Shown here one piece after another: positions 1 to 12,732 of a stretch of 64,000 nucleotides of DNA (position 1 is its first letter; each line of letters begins with the position of its first letter). The DNA is taken from NCBI GenBank assembly GCA_951406725.2, contig OX597816.1:48608001-48672000 (forward strand). The letters run 5' to 3'. The DNA comes from Octopus vulgaris. Lineage: Eukaryota. The notes below the pieces were generated by a model. It was not told the DNA's origin, ran no database searches, and was given only the letters and a program-made list of their open reading frames with translations. The position numbers were made by a program, and so were the translations under genes.

Positions 1-801
1 ACACCACTTGCTAGCCCAGGTCTTCCTGGGTCTACCTCTTCCACAGGTTCCCTCAACCGCTAGGGTGTGACAATTTTTCATCCAGCTATCTTTATCCATT
101 CTTGCAACATGACCTTACCAGTGCAGTCGTCTCTCTTGCACACTACATCTGATATGTCTTTGGTCCAACTTTTCTCTCAAGATACTTACACTCTGTCGAG
201 TATGCACACTGACATTACACATCCATTGGAGCATACTGGCTTCATTCCTTGCAAGATTATGCATATCCTCAGCAGTCATGGCCCATGTTTCACTGCCATG
301 TAGCATGGCTGTTCGTACACATGCGTCATACAGTCTACCTTTTACTCTGAGCGAGAGGCCCTTTGTCACCAGCAGAAGTAAGAGCTCTTTGAACTTTGCC
401 CAGGCTATTCTTATTCTAGTAACTACACTTTCAGCACACCCTCCCCTGCTACTGTCTTGGTCCCCTAGGTAACGGAAGCTATCAACTATTTCTAGTTTTT
501 CTCCCTGGAATGTGGCGGAAGTTGGTCTCTGCACATTTTCAGTGTTTATAGCACCTGAGCATCTGCCACATACAAAAACTATCTTCCCAGTTAACCTTAT
601 TTTGATATTGTTGCACCTCTTATGTGTCCATAGCTTACACTGGTTACATCTTATAGAGTTTCTACCTATGCCTTTTCTACAGATCGAGCAGGGCCATCTA
701 CCTGAAGGGATTTGTGGTTTGCCTGCCTTCCAACTTATCAGGACTTTGGTTCTTGCTCGGTTGATTCTAAGGCCCTTCGATTCTAATCCTTGTTTCCACA
801 C
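1..801 (-). mobile_element. RTE-clade LINE ORF fragment (post-RT region with PHD-like Cys/His cluster), truncated
   Basis: ORF 115..801(-) has RTE-typical motifs FRYLGD, RIRIAWAKF, LYDACVRTAMLHGSETW and ERRLHW; near-identical copies at 4940-5512 and 30208-30810. Confidence 0.9.
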
Positions 802-1644
802 CTGTATACGTATATATATATTTATACATATGTATACATATTTATGCGTATATATGTATATATGTGTGTGTGTGTGTGTGTGTGTCTGTGTCCACCACAG
901 CTTGACAACTAGTGATGGTTTGTTTACATCTACATAACCAAGTGGTTCAGCATAAACAACTGATAGAATGAGTATCAGGCTTGAAAGAGAATAGGTACTG
1001 GTGATTTGATTTGGTCAACTAAAACCCTTCAAGGCATTGCCCCTGCATGGCCATAATCCAATGACTGAAACACATAAAAGATAAAGGATAAAACACACAC
1101 ACACACACACATACACATATACCACACATCTCAGAAAAGTACATATATGAGGCTAAGAGGGATAAACAGAAAGAAGGCAACGGGCATCTTTCTCTCTTTT
1201 AGCATTGTTTTGTCTCATCTTTAGTTGAGCAGTCTCATTCATTTGCACTCATAGTAGTAGATTGTCATGAGTGCTCTCCCTTGAATTTTATTCTTTCTTT
1301 TCATTACCATCTTAGCTGGAACTGGCTCTGGTTACAAATATCTTGTTTTCATAAGTTTTGAATTAAAATCTTCCACCAAACCTTAGTCACAATTTATATT
1401 CCGAACACTAGTTGAATGATAACTAAGTTATTTTACTAAATTCTTTGTTATATTTAAAGTAATTGAAAGAAACACAGAGCATCTCAAAATAAATACAGTA
1501 ATGAAAGGATTAAACGTCATCGCTAGGTTTCTATTTCTTTAAATTATGTCTTCTTACATGAGGTTATTTGTTTTGTTAGATAAAGACATATTCAGTTAAA
1601 CCAGTTATCCATCATACATATTGTATATACCCTAGAGGAGTAGT

Positions 1645-1970
1645 GAAGGTGCATGGCTCAGTGGTTAAAGCGTTGAGCTGACAATCATGAATTTGATTTC
1701 TGATCAGGCTGTGTGTTGTGTGCTTGAGCAAGACACTTTATATCACGTCGCTCCAGTTCACTCATCTGTAGAAATGAGTTGCAATGTCACTGGTACCAAG
1801 CTGTATTGGTGTTTGCCTTTCCCTTTGATAACATCGGTGGAATGGAAAGAGGAAGCTGGTATGCATGGGCAGTTGTTGGTCTTCTATAAACAACCTTGCC
1901 TAGACTTGTGCCTCGAGAGTAACTTTCTAAGTGCAATCCATGGTCATTCATGACTAAAGGGGGGACTTTA
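1645..1970 (+). mobile_element. tRNA-derived SINE (family D: ...GTGCTTGAGCAAGACACTTTAT... core)
   Basis: A-box-like TGGCTCAGTGG head; related copies at ~17380-17710(+), 38300-38632(-), 41405-41660(+), 57960-58150(+), 59830-60040(-), 61460-61640(-). Confidence 0.7.
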
Positions 1971-1983
1971 CTACTTCATTCCT

Positions 1984-2019
<36 letters not shown>

Positions 2020-2615
2020 TTACCTTGGCTCATAAAGCGACATGCAGTGCTTGAAGAGACATATTGAGTCAAGTACATCAAAACCAAAATCAAGTGAAAT
2101 TCTAGTTGTGATTCCCATGCTGGTGGCACGTAAAAAGCACCATCCGAATATGGCCAATGCCAGTGCTGCCTTGACTGGCTTCCGTGTCGGTGGCACATAA
2201 AAAGCCTCTCCCATTGACACCTGTGCCAGTGGCACGTAAAAATCACCCACTACACTCATGGAGTGGTTGGCATTAGGAAGGGCATCCAGCTGTAGAAACA
2301 CTGCCAGATCAGACTGGAGCCTGGTGCAGCCTCCTGGCTTCCCAGACCCTGGTCAAACCGTCCAACCCATGCTAGCATGGAAAACGGACGCTGAACGATG
2401 TTGCCCTATGATCCTAGGTAAGCACAGCAGGCCGTTCTGCAATCCAAGGTACTTTGGATCAGCTGCGGCTGCTATGTGAAGCTGGTGTAGGAAACAGCCA
2501 TGAACTCACATTATTTGTCGGGTCTTCACAGTCGCAGCATATCTCCAGAGGTCTTGGTCTTTTGTCATTGCCTCTGTGAGGCCCAACGTTCGAAGGTCAT
2601 GCTTGACCACCTCGT
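2020..2615. mobile_element. RTE 3'-UTR fragment (+, 2020-2400) joined to an inverted RTE fragment (-, 2400-2615)
   Basis: Matches the ...CCATGCTAGCATGGAAAACGGACG(GAT)n tail of 30208-31410; 2540-2615 matches 4960-5035. Confidence 0.7.
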
Positions 2616-3592
2616 GTTAAAATTTTTCAGCTTTTAGTTGAAAAATATTCACTTTAACTCCATTACTAAAAATCAAAAAAAAAAAGGTTTGAATTTGGGA
2701 AATACACTACATCACAACATCCATATTTTCTCAATATTGTGGCCTTTGAATTTAGCCTCAAAGAAATTAGGATATTGGCATTTGTAAAATGTAGAAAATT
2801 CCAGAAACATTTTATGATTTGAAATTTTCCTGTTTATTATTTTTTGCCATCTGTGTATATTTGGATTTGGGTTTAGCTGCAATGTGTGTCCTCTTGGGAA
2901 TGTATCTTCTACTATGATATTCTTGTTGACCAAAGCTTTGTGAATGGATCTGGGAAGCAGAAACTGAAAGAAACTTGTAATTTTGTGTGTGTGTGTGTGT
3001 GTGTTAGTGACTTCTTGCCTTGACATCATATTACAGTTGTAAGTGAATGTCACCATCATGCAAGTGGAATTATTTGTTTCCAATCTTCTGAGACATACCT
3101 AGTCATGGCGAAATACTACGACGTTGGCTACAGGAAAGGCATCCAGTTCTAGATAGTCTGTCTCAACAAATTGTGTATCAAAAAGTGGACATTAAATGAT
3201 CATAATGATATATATTTATTAATTTTCAAATTATTTGAGTAATTTTTGCCTGGTTGGTGTTTGTCTTTTGATAGTTGATGTTCTCACAAATCAGATTTTC
3301 CAGTTCATAGAACATTTTTATAATGGAATATAAGGAAGAGAATGCTATCTTTCCTTAAATTAGAAAGACTTCTTTGGCTTAGAAATAATGAAACCAGTTT
3401 TTGTGATTATAACTTTACATTTAAATTTCTAGAAACGTCACGTAGATTTAACTATATTTTTTTTTTTGTTCAGTTGTAACTCATGTAAAGAGATTACCTA
3501 AAAGTGCATGACTGACAGTTGGTAGTTAAAAACAAAATTGCCAGCACAGTGTGGTTAAAAATAATATATATATAATAATATATAAACATATA

Positions 3593-3791
3593 CAGGATGA
3601 CCCAAAAGTAGGTTTACAGTTATCACATAGGCACTTAAATTTCTTTTAAAACACTTTATTACATTTAAATTTCTATCTTAGAAACTGAAAAGGAGCTTGA
3701 GAAAATTAACTAAATTAGCATAGAATAATGGTCTCATATTTTTTTTATAATTAAGATCTAAACTGTTAATATATACTTTTGGGCCACCCTG
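3593..3791. mobile_element. Tc1/mariner-type MITE (~199 bp)
   Basis: TIRs CAGGATGACCCAAAAGTA / TACTTTTGGGCCACCCTG, flanked by TA on both sides, AT-rich non-coding interior. Confidence 0.75.
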
Positions 3792-3795
3792 TATA

Positions 3796-3836
<41 letters not shown>

Positions 3837-3990
3837 CATCATCATCATCATCGTTTAACGTCCGCTTTCCATGCTAGCATGGGTTGGACGGTTCAACTGG
3901 GGTCTGGCAAGCCCGAAGGCTGCACCAGGCCAGTCAGATCTGGCAGTGTTTCTACAGCTGGATGCCCTTCCTAACGCCAACCACTCCGAG

Positions 3991-4032
<42 letters not shown>

Positions 4033-4318
4033 ACCTGTTTAGTGTTAACTATCAGAAAAAGAGTACCTTAGTAGAGGATAATATATTTTATTTTGGTTGA
4101 GTTTGCGTCTTGCTACTCTGAGTTTCACCTGTAGATGCACAGGATTTTAAAGCAAGTTATAACTGAAGATTGATGAGTTTGTACATCTTTATATAGTTTT
4201 TTTGTCAAAAGGTGTGATGTGCATCCCATCAATATTCAGTCGTAACTTACCTGAAGGTCTTGTGCTCCCTTGAGGGATGCTCAGAGTAGCAAGAGCCTGT
4301 CTTGACCAATATATATAT

Positions 4319-5512
4319 CATCATCATCATCATCGTTTAACGTCTGCTTTCCATGCTAGCATGGGTTGGACGATTTGACTGAGGTCTGGCGAACCAGACT
4401 CCAATCTGATCTGGCAGAGTTTCTACAGCTGGATGCCTTTCCTAACGCCAACCACTCCGAGAGTGTAGTGGGTGTTTTTACATGCCCCTGACACGAGGGC
4501 CAGTTAGGTGGTACTGGCAACAGCTATGCTCAAATGGTGCTTTTTATGTGCCCCCTGCCCAGAAGCCAGTCCAGTGGCACTGGCAACGATCTTGCTCGAA
4601 TGTTTTCTTCATGTGCCACCAGCAAAAGTGCTAGTAAGGTGATGCAGGTAACGATTGAGCTCGAATGGTGTTTTTAATGTGCCATCAGCATGAAGGCCAG
4701 CTTGTTGCTCTGGTAACGATCTCACTTGTATGTTACTCTTAGCACTCCACTAGCAACGGATGCCAGTCAGCGAGCTTGATTTCGATTTCACTTGCCTCAG
4801 TTGGTCTTCGCAGGCAGAGTTTAGTGTCCAATGAAGGAAAGGCACGCATAAGTGGACTGGTTACACCCCTGGCATAGGCCACAAGGTTATGGTCTCACTT
4901 GCCCTTGCCGAGAAGGTTATGGTCTTACTTGCGCTTGCCAAGTCTTCTCAAGGACAGCATATTTCCAGAGGTCTCGGTCACTAGTCATTGCCTCGGTGAG
5001 GCCCAATGTTTGAAGGTCATGCTTCACCACCTCATCCCAGGTCTTCCTGGGTCTACTTCTTTCACAGATTCCCTCAACTGCTAGGGTGTGACACTTTTTC
5101 ACACAGCTATCCACATCCATTCTCACCACATGACCATACCAGCACAGTCATCTCTCTTGCACACCACATCTGATGCTTCTTAGGTCCAACCTTTCTCTCA
5201 AGGCACTAACACTCTGTCGAGTATGCACACTGACACTACACATCCATTGGAGCATGTTGGCTTCATTCCTTGCGAGCTTACGCATGTCCTCAGCAGTCAC
5301 GCACGGCCCATGTTTCACTGCCATGTAGCATGGTTGTTTGTACACATCCGGCGTACAGTCTACCTTTTACTCTGAGCGAGAGGCCCTTTGTCACCAGCAG
5401 AGGTAAGAGCTCTCCGAACTTTGCCCAGGCTATTCTTATTCTAGTAGCTACACTTTCAGTGCATCCTTCCATGCTGCTGACTTGGTCACCTAGGTAACGG
5501 AAGCTGTCAACT
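4319..5512 (-). mobile_element. 5'-truncated RTE LINE: ORF end, 3' UTR with internal repeats and (GAT)n tail
   Basis: Frameshifted ORFs 5290..5472, 5148..5345, 4917..5129 (RIRIAWAKF, GVQER, RPRKTWDEVVK); (CAT)n at 4319. Confidence 0.9.
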
Positions 5513-5778
5513 ACTTATATATACATATATATATATAATCATCATTTAACATCCATGCTCCATGCTGGCTTGTGTTATATGATGATGATGCTGATATGAT
5601 ATGATGATGATCATCATCATTGTTTAACATCCGTCTTCCATGCATGGGTAGGATGGTTAACAGGAGCCAGCCAGGTAGAAGACTACTCCAGGATATATAT
5701 AGTTCACAGATGAGATCCAGTGCTTCCCAGTATAAAAGACATTTAATAGTGCCAAAAAGATTCAAACTTAAAAGTTGC

Positions 5779-5858
<80 letters not shown>

Positions 5859-6678
5859 GCACACACACACTCCTGTGTCATGGTTTTACACTAATAGACA
5901 GAAAATTAGTTGTACTGATCTTTGAAGGAATCTGCTCTAGTTGACAATGGAAATGAAAGAAAATAACATATCATATGAAATGTGATTCTGCTTATATTCT
6001 TTGGTTACTTCAAAATGAGGTGATAGAAGCCATACACTATCTGCAAGCCAATATCAGCTCCAGTATTGGTGTGAGGTTTTAATGATGTGATATTTCTCAG
6101 TTAAACATATATTACTGTCATTTGGTGTAGCTCTGTCTGTTACTCTTTCTTTTGCCAGTTGTGCTTTGCAGTGTTTTCGTTATGATGTTGTTTCAAAAGG
6201 CCCATATGTTGATAGAATCAATGACTCTAGCTTGTGATGGTTTAATACCCTCCCCACTACAATTGTAGTGATGGTGGGAATTATGATATGAAATGCAGTT
6301 ACCCATGCCACTACTTATGAAAGGAACATAAACCAGTGTTTGAGGAATTATTTTTCTCTTTGTTTTTATTTTGTTTTGAGCAATATTGTAGTATTAAAGT
6401 GAAATGGTTTTTTCTTAGGGAAATAGTTGAAGAATATCTGGTTTTAATATTGTTCTTAAAATAATTTATGGAACTTTCTGTCTTTTTGTTTTGACTACAC
6501 AGCTTATGCTTGTATTGATGAATGAGGGAGTGAATTTAATCGAATTCTTCTTAGTGCTAGTGTTTTTTGATGTTTGAACTCTCTACTGATTCCTAGTTGT
6601 TCTTGTCCTTGATAATATCAAAAAAGTTGCTTCATCAGATAAGAAACTGCTTGTACATCTAATTTCTGCTGCAGGTTT

Positions 6679-7140
6679 TGTGTAGTAATATTTGGTGGAT
6701 GGCTAGAGTCTGAATGTATATAGATAGGTCAGTTGTTGGGTTTTATATAGGTTTTGTTGGAATGTTGTTTACCTAATGACCATCAAACTACAGATGAGTT
6801 GAGCCTTATCAAAGGAACTTCTCTAGCTCAACAAATACTAAATTTAGTGATTTGCTCTTAGCTAAGAACTTGTCTCTGTAGAAAGAGGACATCTTTGGTG
6901 CCCCTCATGGCAAAATGTGTAATAACATTTGATAGATGGCTGGAATCTGAATGTATATAGATAGATCAGTTGTTAGGTTTTATATGAATCTTGTTTACCT
7001 AGTGACCATCAGACTACAGATGAGTTGAGCCTTATCAAAGGAACTTCTCCAGTTCAACAAATACTAAATTTAGTGATTTACTCTTAGCTAAGAACTTGTC
7101 TCTGTAGAAAGAGGACATCATTGGTGCCCCACATGACACA
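6679..7140. repeat. Tandem duplication of a ~235-bp unit (2 copies)
   Basis: CAGATGAGTTGAGCCTTATCAAAGGAACTTCTC...GCTAAGAACTTGTCTCTGTAGAAAGAGGACATC occurs at ~6791 and ~7017. Confidence 0.9.
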
Positions 7141-7599
7141 AACTTGAACTGCTATTCATCTAGGCTAATTCTGTTCCTAACTTGTTTTGCTATAACCGTT
7201 TATGTTATTCTTGTAACCTTGGTCAGTTTGATATCTCTGAGCTACTTCTTCACAAATCATCTTTTTTAGCCCATCTAGTAGTTGGTGATGACACTGCTAC
7301 ACCAGTTATTATGTGTATATATATATATATCTGGTTCACTATGCCAGTGACTTGAACATTACATACCTTGCTATCTATTTTCAGTTTCTCAGTGAGTATC
7401 TTTGATAGTCCAATTCCTTTTCTTGATTTCACATCCTTAATAGTGCTTTTTGACCATAAAGCTGTCGACTTTAATAGCTAGTTCCTTTGTTAAATTTACT
7501 TGGAGTAGTCTTTACTCTAAAGCATTCATAACATTCAGCGACCTCCTGTAGTAGCAATTTTAAGCCTATTTCATGGTGTTAGTGAGAATAAGTGCACTG

Positions 7600-8750
7600 C
7601 TTTCATTCCAAATAAACATTTCCCAATGACAATGATTAACACTAGGACACTGATTTGCAGTATGGTACACCTAACGCCTATGATCCTCTTATCATTGAAT
7701 ATTTTTAAACCTTAAACTCTCAGCTTCTCATCGTACTTTGTATATTTGCCATTTTGCTTCTCTCTTAGCTACCTGATATTATTCTCAGATTCTCTCTTTC
7801 TTCCAGTCTTTCCAGGCCAGTCTCTTTGCTTTCATGGCTCTGTCTACTCTGACATTCCAAAATGATGTCACCTTCAGTCTAGTTAGTACCATGCTTCAAC
7901 CACAGATATAGTCTGCTGTGCTTCACAGCACTTTGTTTCATAGTATTTCCTAGTTGTTCTCTATATTATGTGTCTAGCAGTGACACCTATCAGTTCCCAT
8001 ACCTGCCTTCTTCAAGTTGTCTTGTGTCTCTAGATCCATTTAGCTCTTACTCTGATGTCATTAATCATTATTTTTTGTTTGAGTGGTACATTCTTCACTA
8101 TAGAATAACTTGGTATTCACAACCTTCTATTCATTCTATTTCCTGATGAGTATGAAGTCTATCTTTTTTATATATTTACCTGATTTGCCTAATTAGTTGG
8201 CATCCAGGTTGCTGGTCTATTTCTTAAAGTTAGTGTTACAAATGGTTGGCCCAGTTTGCATCACAAAATTCCAACCTTGAAACTTCCTCGTTCCATGTAT
8301 CATATCAATAGTTTCCATATACATCAGATTAGCTATTATAGTATTGTCCAAAAATGCTCATTGACATTGCTATCAATGTGATGCAGATGAGTGTCTCACT
8401 GAAACTTGTTTTGCTCTTTCTCCGTTTTTGACTCTTGTGCATATACTTAACTGTTATTGTTATGTGTCTGTAATTAGTCCAAACTTAATTATTCTCTCAC
8501 ATACTCTCACTACTTCAGTTAGTTTCTCTACTCAAAGTATGCCCCCTACAACTACCACCAGCATTGTAACCTATCTGAAAAATTTGTGCTTGTATTCCTT
8601 GTCCAAAAGAAATCTGCTGAGGCTCTCCCCCATCTTACCTCTTGCATACTGCACACATCTACTTCTTTCTCTCCAGCATCTCTTCAATCATTTCATTGCA
8701 CCTGTATTAATGGTAACACCCTTGAAGTTTTGTACATGACAGAATGGGGT
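7600..8750 (-). mobile_element. Highly decayed RTE-like LINE endonuclease/linker remnant
   Basis: Minus-strand fragments read QEVRWG (~8628-8645), RVCERIIK (~8485-8510) and AWKDWK (~7800-7818); many stops; boundaries approximate. Confidence 0.45.
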
Positions 8751-9465
8751 TGGTGCCCAATGGCATGTGGGTTGATAACTGTTTTCAGCAACTGAAAGGT
8801 AGAATGTTGATGCACTCATTTAGTGAAAGTCAAGGGATTCTAACATATGAAGAGATATTTCCACATGGCCAAGTCCTTACTGTGTTTAGTATAGCACATA
8901 ACTTGTTTTGAACTAGTATCAATAGAGTAGTCCCAGTTAATATTAAAATATTGTTCTGAAAGCTTGATTTTTGTAGAGGGGACATATGGTATGGTGTACC
9001 AGTCATTGGTGATTTTAAAACCTGATGCTAACATCATCAGAGCTACATTAATGACACGTTTTCCATGATGTACAAATCATCTAATATCACCCACACACAC
9101 GTGTGTGTGTATGTGATAGATCTCTTGCAAGCAAACCTCTCGCATTGGAGAAGCATCGATTCATATGGTAAATACTATATACTGACAACTAGGATTTAGC
9201 TTAACCATCAGTGGCAGAGTAGTCACTACTGATGGGCTAAGCAAAGCTAGCTAGCTAGTAGAATGACACTGCTTGCTGTGGGGCAGTTATCTCCCCTGTC
9301 AATGCATAGACCTGTGCTTATTGCAGATATAAGGGTCCTTAATTCTTGTTTCTAGCCATATAGGTCCTACCCTGCACCCTCAGTCACTATTAGTGACAAT
9401 TGAAATTTTCCTTTTCTGTTTTATATTGCATCTGGCCACCTTCATTATTCTAAATATTTTATGTA

Positions 9466-9516
<51 letters not shown>

Positions 9517-9863
9517 ATTCAATGCAACTGAAGGAGGACACTCTCTGGACCTCTCTAAAATACTTCAGCATCAAACCTGAGTCATTGTAAGAAATCTACT
9601 ATCTGGCACAGTTTCATGAAGAAAGTGTCTAGCTTCTGAGCATATCATGATTAAACAAGCTGAGCAAAAGTAGGAACTACAACATATCAGACCCTCCAAT
9701 AGATCAGCACAGAATTGCAACCACATTTGTCTTATGTGCAGTTTTACATTTTGTACTTGCAGTGGACATATCAGCTACTCCCAGACATAGCAACAGAATC
9801 TTTGAATCCAGGGGTGACATTAGAGTTACTCCATCCTATGGATTTATCAACAAGATTGCCTTC

Positions 9864-10137
9864 TTTTATGAGCCATTTAAGAAACACACAAAATCCATTA
9901 GATTCACTTCAACAATTAAATTTAATTTGTCAAAATATTTTCGGCGCTTTGAGGCCGTGACCTGTTCACTGACAAAATTCCGTGCAGCACGGAATTTTGT
10001 CAGTGGACAGGTCTAATGGATTTTGTGTGTTTCTTAAATGGCTTATAAACACCTTCCATGCTGCAATTGCTTTCGTTCCAGCACACAATCTCAGATCAGG
10101 TCACTTGCTATGCAAGTACATCTCCATAATATCTATT

Positions 10138-10140
<3 letters not shown>
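9864..10140. mobile_element. Inverted-duplicated repeat, Penelope pseudo-LTR-like, containing a hammerhead-like fold
   Basis: Palindrome 9959-10013 and outer inverted arms 9865-9902 / 10012-10049; hammerhead-like fold on the minus strand 9926-9976. Confidence 0.55.
9926..9976 (-). ncRNA. Putative minimal hammerhead-like motif with G3:C8 swapped core (stem II decayed)
   Basis: Minus strand: UUUGUCA-GUGAACA-G-GUCAC-ggccucaaa-GCGCC-GAAA-AUAU-U-U-UGACAAA; perfect 7-bp stem I, only 3 of 5 stem II pairs intact. Confidence 0.45.
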
Positions 10141-10189
<49 letters not shown>

Positions 10190-10809
10190 AACATCTTGCA
10201 TGCATGCTTGTATTGAATTTTTTGAGAAGTACTGTCAAATAGTTAAATAAATAAATAAGAAAAGTTTTTGGTACATAGCATACAATTTATCATCTCATAT
10301 AAATCTACATATAATATTTCAGTAAATAAATGCCTTTTTCAAATTTGGGAATCTAACCACTAACAGATCAAATAGATATATGAATAAACAAAATAGACAT
10401 ATAAATAAACAGAATGTACTGGAACCTCAGCTTAATTGTTCATTGATTTTTCTGATAGCCACCCTGCCACTAGCAATGTCTGTTAGTCTGTCAAGCTATT
10501 TTCTAAATGTGAGCCATGGGTAATAACATAATCAAAACAAGCTTTTCACTTGAACTTAAAATTATTGTAAATAACATCTCTGTTGTTGTTAGTGGGAGCA
10601 TACCATTAGAGACTCCTTGTTGCTCTGATTTATGTATGTTTATGTGTGTGGTGCATTTATGTCCATATGCATGCATGTATGCAGACACAGTATAGCCAAA
10701 TGGTTAAGAAGTTCACACCATCATGATAAGGTCCTAAGTTTGATACTGTTGTGTGTCTTCTTGGACAAGTATCATTTTTCTATTGCCCAGCATCAGTTCA
10801 TTCCATGTA

Positions 10810-11387
10810 TTGGGTTGTCCGGAAAGTTTGTGCCGATTTTTAAAGGAAAGAAAAAGGTCAATAAATACTTGCCATTACATTTTTAATCAACCAAATATGA
10901 ACCATTTTGTTGCACAATGCGTCTCCATCTTTCCTTTAACTTGAAAATACCCCCTTCCCAGAATTGAGGTGGTTTCATGGCAAAGAATTCATCAGGGTAT
11001 CTTTTTACGTCATTTAAGGAATTGAAATTTTTATCATTAAGACTATTCTACAGAGACCTGAATAAGTGGAAATCCAAAGGAGCAACATCTGGTGAATATG
11101 GAGGGTGGGGTAACATATAACAGCCAAGTCGCAGCAATTTTTGTCTGGTTCCCAAAGCATCAAGTGCCGAAAATGAACTTTCTTATCTTCCATTTTAAAG
11201 GGTTACAGAATTAACACAGGTTATAGGAACATAAATCTTCTTCCATGAAAAGATAGCCTAAAGATAACCCTAAACTGTGCTCTAAATGGAGGTGTAGTCA
11301 AATCCTATTTTATGGACTCAACCATGTTCTAAAATAAGTCGAAATATAAGCTACTATAAATCGGCACAAACTTTCCGGACTGCCCGA
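10810..11387 (-). mobile_element. Internally deleted mariner DNA transposon
   Basis: ~30-bp TIRs TTGGGTTGTCCGGAAAGTTTGTGCCGATTT / AAATCGGCACAAACTTTCCGGACTGCCCGA, TA flanks; minus strand ~11053-11107 reads HPPYSPDVAPLDFHLFRS (YSPDLAP motif). Confidence 0.92.
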
Positions 11388-12067
11388 TATTTGATATTGG
11401 GTACACAAAAACTGTAGAAGCCTGTTAGGCAGTTGGTATCTGTAATTCAAGGCTCCAACCTTGTCACACTGTGTTAAGTTGAAGCTGTCTGAGAGTTATG
11501 TTTAGGGCATAATAATAATATCTTCTCATATCACTTTGAGTCTTGTGCATAGGTACTGAGCATATCTGTAGAATCCTCAGTGACAAACACTAATGCAATG
11601 AGCTTGACAGTTCATTTGATCAAAGAACTGAAAATTCATGGTCGGAAATTTTGTAGTCATAATATATTACCAACGTTTATTAGTTATTAAAAGGTTCATG
11701 GCCTAGAGGTGAAGGTATTGCACACATGATGATGAAATCATGGTTCCCATTCTCAGACCAGATGGTGTGAAGTGTTCTTCAACAATGACACCTCCTTCCA
11801 TGTTGCTCTGCTATCACTTTGATGTCTGATATGTGGTACATCATACAGCTGTGCAGGATACAATGATTTTGATGGAGCGAGCAAGCTAATGTACAACAAA
11901 AACATTTGATCATCACTATAAACATATCATCTGTGCTGGTTGTTCAGTAATTAATGGTGGAACCCTTATTTGCCATCTATCAAAGGGCAGTCTAATATAT
12001 ATATATATATATATATATCCAACCCATGCTAGCATGGAAAGCGGATGTTAAACGATGATGATGATGC

Positions 12068-12098
<31 letters not shown>

Positions 12099-12408
12099 GG
12101 AGGCACAATGGCCCAGTGGTTAGGGCAGTGGACTCATGGTTGTAGGATCACGGTTTCAATTCTCAGACTGGGCGTTGTGAGTGTTTATTGAGCGAAAACC
12201 CTTAAAAGCTCCATGAGGCTCCGGCAGGAGGTGGTGGCGATCCCTGCTGTACTCTTACACCACAACTTTCTCTCACTCTTTCTTCTGTAGGCCTTCTCAC
12301 TTAGCCAGCGGGGTGGCGTCATTTGAAGGCTAAAACAACGAAAAGCGCATTGTGACCAGTGATGTGTAGCAACATCTGATAGCCTGGTCGGTCACGGTGA
12401 TCACGGTG

Positions 12409-12410
<2 letters not shown>
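12099..12410 (+). mobile_element. tRNA-derived SINE (family C)
   Basis: A box TGGCCCAGTGG, B-box-like GGTTTCAATTC; related copies at 33050-33352(-), 57648-57958(+) and a 3' piece at 41033-41150. Confidence 0.8.
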
Positions 12411-12444
<34 letters not shown>

Positions 12445-12732
12445 ATGTGTCTGTGCTTGCATGCATGGATGTTTGGACAGATGCTCACTCACACTTCTGG
12501 TTTTCCTTTTCAAATTCCTCACCAATGGAAAAAAAAAACTGGCTTCTTACTCAGAAGCAAGGCTCCTTCATTGGAATTTAGACAAGACCAATGTGGTAGT
12601 CATGTATGTGTGTCTGTATATATATATGCACACATGTGCATGTGTGCAAATATGGAGGTCACTGCATGTGTGTATCTGCATGTTTTGATGTATGTACACG
12701 CATACATATGCTTGCATGTCTACACATTAAAT

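Noticed and set aside
9196-9262. Hairpin GCTTAACCATCAGT / ACTGATGGGCTAAGC with a CTGATGG core-like string
   Set aside because: The inverted repeat is real but short; core mismatched and no GAAA, so a ribozyme cannot be supported
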